A stretch of DNA of 42,511 nt from an uncultured Cytophagia bacterium (lineage in GTDB: Bacteria; Zhuqueibacterota; Zhuqueibacteria; Residuimicrobiales; Krinioviventaceae): the NCBI GenBank assembly GCA_964432185.1, contig CAYSNA010000002.1:1-42511 (forward strand), given 5' to 3'. Position numbers and translations under genes: made by a program. The notes under the pieces were generated by a model, which did no database searches, was not told the DNA's origin, and saw nothing but the letters and a program-made list of their open reading frames with translations. Each line of letters starts with the position of its first letter. Position 1 is the first letter of the stretch. Shown here piece after piece: positions 1 to 8,016 of this stretch.

Positions 1-1531
1 GCTCCTGTACATGTAAAAGTGCAAAAGGAATGTGTCTCACAATATCACCGGCGATGAGCCCGTAGTTCAGTTTTTTGAACGCCAGGTCGCCGGCCAAGCC
101 GTGAAGAAAAACTGCAGCGACCGCAGCCATATCGCTGGCAACACCCTGGCCGATGAGTCCGGCGATAACGCCGGACAACACATCACCCGATCCGGCAGTC
201 GCCATGCCGGCATTGCCGGTGGAGTTGATGTAAACGCGGCCATCCGGCAGGGCTGTGACCGACGGTCCGCCCTTTAATATGAGGGTGCAGTTCCATTCTT
301 TAGCATATTGACGGGCCATGTCGACCGGCTGCGCAATTATTTCTTTGATCGACAAACCAGTGAGCCGCGCCATCTCGCCCGGGTGCGGCGTGATGACCAC
401 ATCACCCCGGTAGTTTTGAATCAGATTGATATCAGAAGCACAGGCGTTCAAGCCGTCTGCGTCGAGCACAAGCGGCAGGGTAATTTTTTGCACCAAAGAA
501 CGGACAAGCTTGAACGCGTCCTCCGCCTCGCCCAGACCGGGGCCCAACACCAGCGCGGTTCTATTTTTTAGCTCGGCCTGGATCAGCTCGGCATGTTGTT
601 CGAGAAAATATCCAGCGCCGTTATCGTCCAGCGGCCGCGCGATGACCTCGGCGCTCAAACTTTCGACTATAGGAGAAAGGGATTTGGGAATGTTGAGATA
701 GCACAAACCGGCTCCGCTTCGCAATACGGCTTCGGCAGCCAACACGGCGGCGCCGGTGATGCCGCTTGAACCGGCGACAACCTGAATCATGCCGACTTTA
801 TTTTTATAGGCCGCCGGTGAACGTTTCGGCAGAATAGAGCGAATAAAATCTCGATCGACATGATAGACGCGCGGATGATGGTCCTCAACCACCTGCGGCG
901 GCATGCTTATATCAATGACTTGGAGCAGCCCGGTGTGCTCGCGTCCAGGAGAAAACAGCAGGCCGCGTTTGGGCAAGGCCATCGTCGCCGTGCGCGTGGC
1001 TTTTATGGCAGGGCCATTGACCTGTCCGCTGTCGGCATTCACGCCGGTCGGAATATCAACCGCCAGGACATCGGTCTGCAACTTGTTGATGTGCTCAACG
1101 ACCTCGGCATACAATCCGCGCAACGCCCCCTTGACGCCGGTTCCCAACATGGCGTCAACAACGAGGTCAGGCGCTTCGAGCCGCTCCGGAAGGCTCTCGA
1201 TAAAAACAGGCTGATGTCCCATTCCCTGCAGCGCTTTTAGATTGGTCAGTGCATCGCCGTTAATTTTTTCCGGCGCCGCCAAAATAAACGTATGAACTCG
1301 CACACCGTGATTGAGCAAGTGTCGCGCCACCACATAGCCATCGCCGCCGTTGTTGCCGGCGCCGCAAAAGATAAACACAGTTTTTCCGGATGCCGTCCCC
1401 AACATTTGAAGCGCCACCTCGGCAATACCACGCCCGGCATTTTCCATCAGGATGATACCGGGAATATTCAGCTGCTGAATGGTGTGTCCGTCCAGCGCCG
1501 CCATTTCCTGCGCAGTGACAACGGCGTTCAT
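1..1531 (-). CDS. nnr: Bifunctional NAD(P)H-hydrate repair enzyme (NnrE epimerase + NnrD dehydratase, YjeF family); C-terminus runs off the left window edge
   Basis: Hand translation of the minus strand. ATG at 1531-1529 follows GGAGGTG. The protein starts MNAVVTAQEMAALDGHTIQQLNIPGIILMENAGRGIAEV...FCGAGNNGGDGYVVARHL, then DLVVDAMLGTGVKGAL and AVDIPTGVNADSG (epimerase half). It continues VVITPHPGEMARL and NSTGNAGMATAGSGDVLSGVIAGLIGQG (dehydratase half). The frame is open to position 1, so the ORF track, which needs a stop, does not list it. Its start overlaps the acpS stop (ATGA). Confidence 0.9.
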   Translation of the reverse strand, partial: MNAVVTAQEMAALDGHTIQQLNIPGIILMENAGRGIAEVALQMLGTASGKTVFIFCGAGNNGGDGYVVARHLLNHGVRVHTFILAAPEKINGDALTNLKALQGMGHQPVFIESLPERLEAPDLVVDAMLGTGVKGALRGLYAEVVEHINKLQTDVLAVDIPTGVNADSGQVNGPAIKATRTATMALPKRGLLFSPGREHTGLLQVIDISMPPQVVEDHHPRVYHVDRDFIRSILPKRSPAAYKNKVGMIQVVAGSSGITGAAVLAAEAVLRSGAGLCYLNIPKSLSPIVESLSAEVIARPLDDNGAGYFLEQHAELIQAELKNRTALVLGPGLGEAEDAFKLVRSLVQKITLPLVLDADGLNACASDINLIQNYRGDVVITPHPGEMARLTGLSIKEIIAQPVDMARQYAKEWNCTLILKGGPSVTALPDGRVYINSTGNAGMATAGSGDVLSGVIAGLIGQGVASDMAAVAAVFLHGLAGDLAFKKLNYGLIAGDIVRHIPFALLHVQE

Positions 1532-1911
1532 GGATTCACCTCCTTTTTTTCAAGGACGATCAAAGCGACAGCGCTCTGTTTGCTGTGCGATATACTGACA
1601 TGAATAACATAGTCGTCCATCAAACGATTGAGGGAATTAAAAACATTAATGTGAGGCCGGCCGAATGTATCGTTCATCACTTCAATATCAAGCCAGCCAA
1701 CTCCAGGTTGTACCGCAGCAGGCAATGCTTTATACAGCGCCTCTTTGACGGCAAACCGCGCCGCCACCGAAGCCGATTGTCCGGATTTGTTCTTGCAATA
1801 GTCATACTCGACCGGCGTCAAGATTTTTTTCAAGAATTTATCGCCCCAGCGGTTTATCACTCGGGTCATACGATCAATATCAACGATGTCGATGCCAATG
1901 GACTGAATCAT
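1528..1911 (-). CDS. acpS: Holo-[acyl-carrier-protein] synthase (4'-phosphopantetheinyl transferase)
   Basis: 127 aa. MIQSIGIDIVDIDRM...ARFAVKEALYKAL...HVSISHSKQSAVALIVLE is the typical AcpS pattern. The stop overlaps the nnr start. Confidence 0.9.
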   Translation of the reverse strand: MIQSIGIDIVDIDRMTRVINRWGDKFLKKILTPVEYDYCKNKSGQSASVAARFAVKEALYKALPAAVQPGVGWLDIEVMNDTFGRPHINVFNSLNRLMDDYVIHVSISHSKQSAVALIVLEKKEVNP

Positions 1912-2084
1912 GCTGTGACTTTATCTTTTATGTATGGATGACACCATCCCATTCGAGTTGCACCTAACTTCTTGTGAAACAAAGATCAAGATAAGCCATG
2001 CGGTACTATATTGCAACAACTTTTACTTGATTGTTAATCGAATTTACACTAATTTGAACTCTAATAAAAACAAATATTCTGGCT

Positions 2085-2660
2085 ATGACTCACGATATTT
2101 CCGAACTAATCGAAAGCGCTCTGGAAGGCGATCAAAAAGCCTACACTGATATCGTCGCTCGTTTCCGTGAACAAATTTACCATTTTATCTTTCGCATGGT
2201 CAAAGACAAAGCGCAGGCCGAGGATTTGACGCAGGAAACGTTCATCAAGGCATTTCGCGCATTGGCTTCGTTCAATTCCAATTACGCTTTTTCAACCTGG
2301 TTGTACAAAATAGCGGCGAATAATTGTATCGATTATTTTCGTAAGAAAAAACTCGCCACCACATCGATCGATTCGCCGATTAAAGCCAAAGATGGCGAAT
2401 TGCAGCGGGATTTTGCGGATCACGAACAGGGTCCCGAGTCCGAATTGATTTCGAAAGAGCAGACCAGTCAGATCAGGTTAGCGATTGATTCGTTGCCGCC
2501 CAAATACAAAGAAGCGATCATGTTACGGCACAGCCAGGATAAATCATACGAAGAAATTGCCGAAGAGCTGGATATTCCTCTCGGGACAGTCAAAGTTCGC
2601 ATCTTTCGTGCACGCGAAATGCTCAAAGCACGCATGAAAGAACACCTCAAGAGACATTAA
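2085..2660 (+). CDS. ECF-type sigma-70 family RNA polymerase sigma factor
   Basis: 191 aa. Region 2 is visible (DLTQETFIKAFRAL...FSTWLYKIAANNCIDYFRKKK) and so is region 4 (LPPKYKEAIMLRHSQDKSYEEIAEELDIPLGTVKVRIFRAREML). No anti-sigma-like ORF follows. Confidence 0.85.
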   Translation: MTHDISELIESALEGDQKAYTDIVARFREQIYHFIFRMVKDKAQAEDLTQETFIKAFRALASFNSNYAFSTWLYKIAANNCIDYFRKKKLATTSIDSPIKAKDGELQRDFADHEQGPESELISKEQTSQIRLAIDSLPPKYKEAIMLRHSQDKSYEEIAEELDIPLGTVKVRIFRAREMLKARMKEHLKRH

Positions 2661-2867
2661 TGTTGGATGTCCAAAACACGACAATTATCTCGGGACTTTC
2701 TTCAAAATTCAAAAATTATCATACTATCAAATAAATCGTTCGGACGACTTTTGTGTTCACCGAAATAGGTCGTGGACTAACGCTGTTGTAATTTTCCAGA
2801 CATCTGACATAATAATCGTCTTTTCATATTAATTCGCAAGCGCCTTTATTGAAACAGGCACAAGATA

Positions 2868-3830
2868 ATGCCTCATATTCGCCTCCTAAAGAAATCGGAT
2901 TTACAGACCGTCAACGGTATTTTATCGCGGGCCTTCACGCAAGCCCGAATTGATGATGGATACTCCCACACTCAGGTTCCCATGTGCCAGCCGGACTTTT
3001 TAAATATGTATGTCCGACAGTGCCCGAACGGCTGTTTTGTGTTGGAGGATTCCGGGCAAATTCGCGGCGCTGTGTTTTGCCATGTGTGGGGCGACACCGG
3101 TTGGTTTGGGCCGCTCGCTGTTGTGCCGGAAAAACATCATATGGGGCTCGGCAGATATCTGGTATCGGCGGCCGTTACTTTTTTAAAGGAAGCCGGCTGC
3201 CGCACCATCGGTCTGGAAACCAATCCGCGCAGCAATCGCAACATCGGCTTTTACGGAAAAATGGATTTTGAACCATCTGTGCTGTCGATTGATCTGATCA
3301 AGCCGGTCTCTCCCATCCTGCCGTCGCTTGAAGACTCGCCACATCAACTGATTTATTTTTCGCGCCTGACATCAGCGTCGAGACAAAACTTTTTCGATCA
3401 CCTCCACTACTTGCAACGCGCTAATGATCCAACGATCGATTATACCTCACTGATCGAATCCATGGATGACAGCAAGCAGGGAGAAACTGTTTTGTTTGTG
3501 CGCAAAGGAACGCCGATCGCTCTGGCCATTTTGCAAACCGAACCGAGCCTGGTAGAAGAACAAAATGCACTCTTGCGCATCGTAGCGTTTATGGCGCACC
3601 CCAAAACACCGGACGTTTACGTTCAATACTTTCTCACGGATTTTTTATTGATGGCGAAAAAATGGTCGCGCGATCGAATTTTGGTGCGGCTGCCCATGTA
3701 TTCCAACCAAATCCTGCGTTTTTTTCTTGATCATAACTATCGGGTTATCAACACGGATATACGCATGGTCTTGAACGGCTACCCGGCTCAACGTAACGAG
3801 CGCCGCCTTCATTTTGATCGATGGGTATAA
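2868..3830 (+). CDS. GNAT family N-acetyltransferase with an extra C-terminal domain of about 170 aa
   Basis: 320 aa. The N-terminal half has a GNAT-like core (VVPEKHHMGLGRYLVSAAVTFLKEAGCRTIGLETNP...NIGFYGKMDFEP). The C-terminal half is unassigned. The 3' end overlaps the next ORF by 10 nt. Confidence 0.7.
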   Translation: MPHIRLLKKSDLQTVNGILSRAFTQARIDDGYSHTQVPMCQPDFLNMYVRQCPNGCFVLEDSGQIRGAVFCHVWGDTGWFGPLAVVPEKHHMGLGRYLVSAAVTFLKEAGCRTIGLETNPRSNRNIGFYGKMDFEPSVLSIDLIKPVSPILPSLEDSPHQLIYFSRLTSASRQNFFDHLHYLQRANDPTIDYTSLIESMDDSKQGETVLFVRKGTPIALAILQTEPSLVEEQNALLRIVAFMAHPKTPDVYVQYFLTDFLLMAKKWSRDRILVRLPMYSNQILRFFLDHNYRVINTDIRMVLNGYPAQRNERRLHFDRWV

Positions 3831-4669
3831 ACGGAGGGCGCCGGCGCATGCCCGATCTTTTTCCAGAAACTCAGAATCGTGCCGTTTTTTCGGCGAGTCG
3901 CCGCACAGATATGGTGGCGACCGATCCCGAGGGATTGGCCATTTCGCTCTACCAAAAAGCGCCGCCCGAACTGGCGCATTCCGTTGTGTTGTGGACGAAA
4001 AATCCGGCTAATATTTTTGATTGTCCAGCGCTTTCTTCTCAGCTTTCAAAATATGATTTATGTTATGTGCATCTGAGCGTCACCGGGCTTGGTGGCAGTG
4101 TGCTTGAACCGCGCGTTCCGAAACCGAAAGAGGTTCTGGCTCTTCTTCCGCGGCTCATTGATTTTTTACATGGCCCGGAACATATCACCCTTCGACTTGA
4201 TCCGATCATACATTTCAAATTGCACGACGGCACGGTTATCAACAATCTTGATTATTTCACCCAGTTGGCGCCAGTTCTGCAAGAGCATCGCGTTGAACAA
4301 GTGACAACAAGCTGGGTGCACATCTATGGCAAAGTGGCCAAGCGATTGGCTGAACGCGGTATTTCTCTTGTTGATTTTTCTGTGGAAGATGAAAGTGCAT
4401 TGTTGCAGAAATTGGCGAAAAAGCATAGATTAACGCTGCATGGCTGTTGCGTCCCCGGGTGGCCGCGCTCCAGTTGTATAGATGGCTCGCGCCTAAATGA
4501 ACTGCACCCGCGTGGATACACGGCTGACACGACCCGCGCGACCGGGCAACGCCAACTCTGCGGCTGCACGAAAAGCACAGACATTGGATGGTACAAAAGC
4601 TGCCAACACGGGTGTCTTTACTGCTATGGCAATCCGAAAATTGACAACACTCATTTTGTAAAAAGGTGA
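3821..4669 (+). CDS. DUF1848-like protein with a C-terminal CX3CX2C cysteine cluster
   Basis: 282 aa. The C-terminus reads QLCGCTKSTDIGWYKSCQHGCLYCYGNP. This matches my recollection of the DUF1848 family, which has a radical-SAM-like Cys cluster at the C-terminus. The ATG at 3821 overlaps the upstream GNAT stop (3828-3830). Confidence 0.65.
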   Translation: MGINGGRRRMPDLFPETQNRAVFSASRRTDMVATDPEGLAISLYQKAPPELAHSVVLWTKNPANIFDCPALSSQLSKYDLCYVHLSVTGLGGSVLEPRVPKPKEVLALLPRLIDFLHGPEHITLRLDPIIHFKLHDGTVINNLDYFTQLAPVLQEHRVEQVTTSWVHIYGKVAKRLAERGISLVDFSVEDESALLQKLAKKHRLTLHGCCVPGWPRSSCIDGSRLNELHPRGYTADTTRATGQRQLCGCTKSTDIGWYKSCQHGCLYCYGNPKIDNTHFVKR

Positions 4670-4676
4670 AAATAAA

Positions 4677-5165
4677 ATGGGCTTCTTTGACATTCTCCTG
4701 ATAATTTTAGGCTTTATCTTGTCCATTGTGGGATTAATCGGCTGTATAGTCCCGGCCGTTCCGGGAACGCCGTTGAATTTTCTCGCTCTTATTCTGCTGT
4801 CCTGGGCAAAGGACTGGGAACCTTATTCCGTCACCTTTCTCATTATCATGGCGGCGGTTGCGGTTATCGTCAGCATTCTCGATAATGTCATTCCGGCGCT
4901 CGGCGCAAAAAAATACGGCGCAGAAAAATTGAGTGTCTGGCTGGCCTTGGGCGGCACGCTCGTCGGCCTGCTATTTTTCCCGCCGTGGGGTATTTTTGTC
5001 GGCGCTTTTCTCGGCGCCCTCGTTGGCGAGCTGGCGCACGGCAAAGAAACTGGCGCCGCCCTCAAAGCCGGTTGGGGTGTTTTTGTCGGCACATTCCTTG
5101 GCATCGGCCTCAAGCTGGTGGCCTCGGGCGTGATGTTTTTTTATTTTATCAAAAAAGTTTTTTGA
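4677..5165 (+). CDS. DUF456-like small integral membrane protein
   Basis: 162 aa and almost entirely hydrophobic or Gly-rich, with about 4 TM segments (ILLIILGFILSIVGLIGCIVPAVPGTPLNFLALILLSW...). It starts 8 nt after the DUF1848 stop. GGTGA lies upstream. Confidence 0.6.
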   Translation: MGFFDILLIILGFILSIVGLIGCIVPAVPGTPLNFLALILLSWAKDWEPYSVTFLIIMAAVAVIVSILDNVIPALGAKKYGAEKLSVWLALGGTLVGLLFFPPWGIFVGAFLGALVGELAHGKETGAALKAGWGVFVGTFLGIGLKLVASGVMFFYFIKKVF

Positions 5166-5323
5166 TATTTTCCAACACCTCCCAGACCGGCAACACGTTA
5201 ATGCATCGGCATTTTTAAAAGCATCATGCCGGGCAGATTCGTCATACGTTTTTTCTATATTCTTTTCATTGGTCCTCATCCCTCATGCATCCGGCTAAAG
5301 GCCGAAAAAACAAAAAGTTTATT

Positions 5324-5355
5324 ATTGCAATTCAATCGAAATATTTCTATGTTTG
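5324..5355 (+). promoter_or_regulatory. Candidate Bacteroidota-type promoter (-33 ATTG, 20-nt spacer, -7 TATGTTTG) upstream of trxA
   Basis: TATGTTTG at 5348-5355 fits TAnnTTTG. ATTG sits at 5324-5327. The motif is about 45 nt upstream of the trxA ATG. This is a motif match only. Confidence 0.3.
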
Positions 5356-5399
5356 AAATCAGCAAGAAACGTCCCGAATGAATTTTGGAGAATAGAATT

Positions 5400-5723
5400 A
5401 TGGGTAATCTACTCGAATTGACGGATGCCAACTTTGATCAGGAGGTTTTGCAATCGGAGGTCCCGGTGCTCGTTGATTTTTGGGCCATCTGGTGCGGCCC
5501 GTGCAAAATGATTGCGCCGATTGTGGAAGACATTGCGACCGAATATGCCGGCAAGGTCAAAGTGGGCAAAATGGATGTGGATCATCATCGCCAGGCGCCC
5601 ATGCAATATGGCATCCGCAGCATCCCGACGCTGTTGTTATTCAAAAACGGCGATGTTGTCGATTCGATGATCGGCGCGGCGTCTAAAGCCCAGATCGTCG
5701 ATAAAATTAGCAGACATTTATAG
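5400..5723 (+). CDS. trxA: Thioredoxin
   Basis: WCGPC active site (VDFWAIWCGPCKMIAP) and typical length. I prefer the ATG at 5400, with GGAGAA 7 nt upstream, over the TTG at 5385 used by the ORF track. Confidence 0.92.
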   Translation: MGNLLELTDANFDQEVLQSEVPVLVDFWAIWCGPCKMIAPIVEDIATEYAGKVKVGKMDVDHHRQAPMQYGIRSIPTLLLFKNGDVVDSMIGAASKAQIVDKISRHL

Positions 5724-5743
5724 ACGTAAAACGATGTAAAAGC

Positions 5744-5780
5744 GCCCGTTGCACTGTTTGATTTGTTGCGGGCTTTTTTT
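5744..5780 (+). terminator. Weak rho-independent terminator candidate after trxA
   Basis: GCCCG (5744-5748) pairs with CGGGC (5769-5773) and is followed by T7 (5774-5780). The stem is short and the loop is long. Confidence 0.35.
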
Positions 5781-5813
5781 ATTCAAAAGAAGATCAAGAC
5801 AACTGAGAGAACA

Positions 5814-6878
5814 ATGACGCTTCACCATGAACACACATACGCGGTCATTATGGCCGGTGGAATTGGGAGCCGCTTTTGGCCAAAGAGCCGGGCGAGCCGT
5901 CCCAAACAGTATCTGTCGCTCGTGGATGACGGCTCTTTGATCCAAAATACAACAGCGCGACTGCAGGGTTTGTTTTCAAAAGAAACGATCTTTGTTGTGA
6001 CCAACAAAAACCAGGAACGGCTTTTGCGTGAGCAGTTGCCCTGGCTGCCATTGGAGAACATCCTTTTCGAACCCGTGGGCCGAAATACCGCACCGGCCAT
6101 CGGATTGGCCGCGATTCATCTGCTGGATGTTGATCCCGACGCCACCATGGTCGTGTTGCCGTCCGACCACCGTATCACCAATGTAAAGGTCTTTCAGGAC
6201 ACCCTGTCATCGGCCATCACCATTGCCAAAACAAACGACCAGGCGCTCGTCACACTCGGTATTCAACCCAGCTATCCGGCAACCGGTTATGGCTATATTG
6301 AAGCCGCTGAACAGCACGAAAATGTTTGTTTCAACGTGGCCCGTTTTACTGAAAAACCGAAGCGAGACCAAGCGGAAGAATTTCTGCAGGCCGGCACTTT
6401 TTTCTGGAACAGCGGCATTTTTATCTGGCAGGCCGCGACCATCCTCGAACATATAAAAAAATTTATGCCCGAGTTGTACGCCGGTCTTTTGGACATCAAA
6501 TCGGCTTTACACACCGACCGTGCCGACGCTGTCTGCGAAGAGGTTTATGCGTCGCTTCAAGGGCAATCCATTGATTTTGGCATTTTGGAGAAAGCCGATA
6601 AAGTATTTGTTTTACCTGCGGAATTTGGCTGGAACGACCTTGGCACTTGGGAGGAGGTTTACAAAAGTTCGACCGCCGATGACAACGGCAATGTTGTCAT
6701 TGGAGAAGCGCTGCTCAAAGATGTGAAAAACTCGTATGTTGAAGCAACAGATCGTATCGTATCCATAATTGGTGTTGATGATCTCATCATCGTCGATCAA
6801 CCGGATGCCTTGTTGATATGTAAAAAAGAACAATCTCAGGATGTTCGATGGGTAACCGAAAAACTACAGGACTCTTAA
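5814..6878 (+). CDS. manC: Mannose-1-phosphate guanylyltransferase (nucleotidyltransferase domain only, no cupin/PMI domain)
   Basis: The N-terminus YAVIMAGGIGSRFWPKSRASRPKQYL is the sugar-nucleotidyltransferase G-loop. EPVGRNTAPAIGLAA, VLPSDH, GYGYIE and FWNSGIFIW are typical of the GMP family. I prefer the ATG at 5814 because the track start at 5763 lies inside the terminator T-run. Confidence 0.8.
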   Translation: MTLHHEHTYAVIMAGGIGSRFWPKSRASRPKQYLSLVDDGSLIQNTTARLQGLFSKETIFVVTNKNQERLLREQLPWLPLENILFEPVGRNTAPAIGLAAIHLLDVDPDATMVVLPSDHRITNVKVFQDTLSSAITIAKTNDQALVTLGIQPSYPATGYGYIEAAEQHENVCFNVARFTEKPKRDQAEEFLQAGTFFWNSGIFIWQAATILEHIKKFMPELYAGLLDIKSALHTDRADAVCEEVYASLQGQSIDFGILEKADKVFVLPAEFGWNDLGTWEEVYKSSTADDNGNVVIGEALLKDVKNSYVEATDRIVSIIGVDDLIIVDQPDALLICKKEQSQDVRWVTEKLQDS

Positions 6879-7186
6879 AAAATAAAAAAATAATACGAGG
6901 ACTCGACAATGCATTTGTCCTCTTGCAACTGCTCGAATTGGCTGAACAGCTCAATATCACAGTACGGCAAGAAAAGGGCGATTTCATCGGCGGCAGTTGT
7001 CGAGTGGAAGAAGACCGACTAATCTTTTTAAACAAACAGGATCCGGATTCGGAAAAAATAACCGTCTTGATGCGCGAATTGGCAAAGTTCGATTCCGAAC
7101 ATATCACAATCGATTCCACCATACGCGAAAAATTGAACCGGATACGAGAAGAATATAATGAGGCTGCTCAACAGGAGGATGTATGA
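6848..7186 (+). CDS. Hypothetical 112-aa protein, translationally coupled to ptsN
   Basis: AGGA lies 6 nt upstream of the ATG. The ORF overlaps the manC 3' end by 31 nt, and its TGA overlaps the ptsN ATG (ATGA at 7183-7186). I recognise no family. The start could instead be the TTG at 6923. Confidence 0.5.
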   Translation: MGNRKTTGLLKNKKIIRGLDNAFVLLQLLELAEQLNITVRQEKGDFIGGSCRVEEDRLIFLNKQDPDSEKITVLMRELAKFDSEHITIDSTIREKLNRIREEYNEAAQQEDV

Positions 7187-7644
7187 TAAAAATCGATATG
7201 CGGGAGTATTTAAAAGAGACGCTGTTCCTGCCGCAGATGACAGCAACGACCAAAGAAGAGGCGTTGGGAGAGTTGCTTGATCTTTTTGTCGCTGAAAAGT
7301 ATGTCAAGAACAAGGACATTGTTTTTGAAATGCTGAAAAAGCGCGAGCTCATGGGCAGTACCAGTTTGGGAAAAGGCGTCGCCATTCCGCATGGTCGCAC
7401 CACCGCAACAGCTGACGTGCTCATCGCCTTCGGCCGCTCGGACAAAGGCATTCAATTTGGCGCCAAAGATGATGAACCCGTTTTTCTCTTTTTCATGATC
7501 ATTGCGCCACATAATGACGAAGGCGAAGTATATTTGCCAATTCTCGGTTCGCTCGTGACCATGCTCAAAGACGCGCAAAAACGAAATGCAGCCAAAAAGA
7601 TTGCCACGTTCGATGAATTGATTGCCCTTTTTGATGGAGAATAA
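7183..7644 (+). CDS. ptsN: PTS EIIA-Ntr type regulatory protein (PtsN-like)
   Basis: 153 aa. The phosphorylation-site motif LGKGVAIPHGR is present with an EIIA(Fru/Ntr)-like layout. AGGAGG lies upstream. Confidence 0.8.
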   Translation: MIKIDMREYLKETLFLPQMTATTKEEALGELLDLFVAEKYVKNKDIVFEMLKKRELMGSTSLGKGVAIPHGRTTATADVLIAFGRSDKGIQFGAKDDEPVFLFFMIIAPHNDEGEVYLPILGSLVTMLKDAQKRNAAKKIATFDELIALFDGE

Positions 7645-7647
7645 ATA

Positions 7648-7983
7648 ATGGCACAAACAGATTTGGAAAACCTGGTCAAACTCCAGGATTTGGATTTGAT
7701 GATTGAAGAGTCGGAAGAGGTGGCCAAACTGGGATTCACGCTCACCGGCTGCAGCGAACTCAAAACGGCTCGCGAGGAGATGGCGACGAAAATCAGCAAA
7801 CCCCTGCTCTTCCGTTACGAACGATTGCGCGGTAAATTAAAGCGCGCCGTCGTACCGGTCAAAAATGACGTCTGCCTTGGCTGCTTTCTGCGTCAACCGA
7901 CGTCAATCGGTGCACAAGGACGCGAAGGCCACGACCTCTTTACCTGCGAAAACTGCGGACGCATGCTGTACTGGCTGGATTAA
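7648..7983 (+). CDS. Short coiled-coil plus C4 zinc-ribbon protein (zf-RING_7 / DUF164, HP0958-like)
   Basis: 111 aa. The C-terminus CLGCFLRQPTS...DLFTCENCGRMLYWLD fits the CxGC...CxxCGRILY zinc ribbon of that family. It starts 4 nt after the ptsN stop. Confidence 0.65.
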   Translation: MAQTDLENLVKLQDLDLMIEESEEVAKLGFTLTGCSELKTAREEMATKISKPLLFRYERLRGKLKRAVVPVKNDVCLGCFLRQPTSIGAQGREGHDLFTCENCGRMLYWLD

Positions 7984-7990
7984 ATGAAAA

Positions 7991-8010
7991 AGGCTACCTT
8001 TCGGTAGCCT
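7991..8010. terminator. Bidirectional terminator hairpin between convergent genes
   Basis: AGGCTACC-TTTC-GGTAGCCT is a perfect 8-bp stem. It is flanked by GAAAA on the left and a TTT-containing tail on the right. It sits between the stops at 7983 (+) and 8017 (-). Confidence 0.5.
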
Positions 8011-8016
8011 CGTGCT

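Noticed and set aside
32-1603. Several plus-strand ORFs of 80-126 aa at the left edge (32-277, 308-571, 426-701, 860-1240, 903-1214, 1292-1603).
   Set aside because: The minus strand here translates continuously into a textbook NnrE/NnrD protein. The plus-strand ORFs are shadows.
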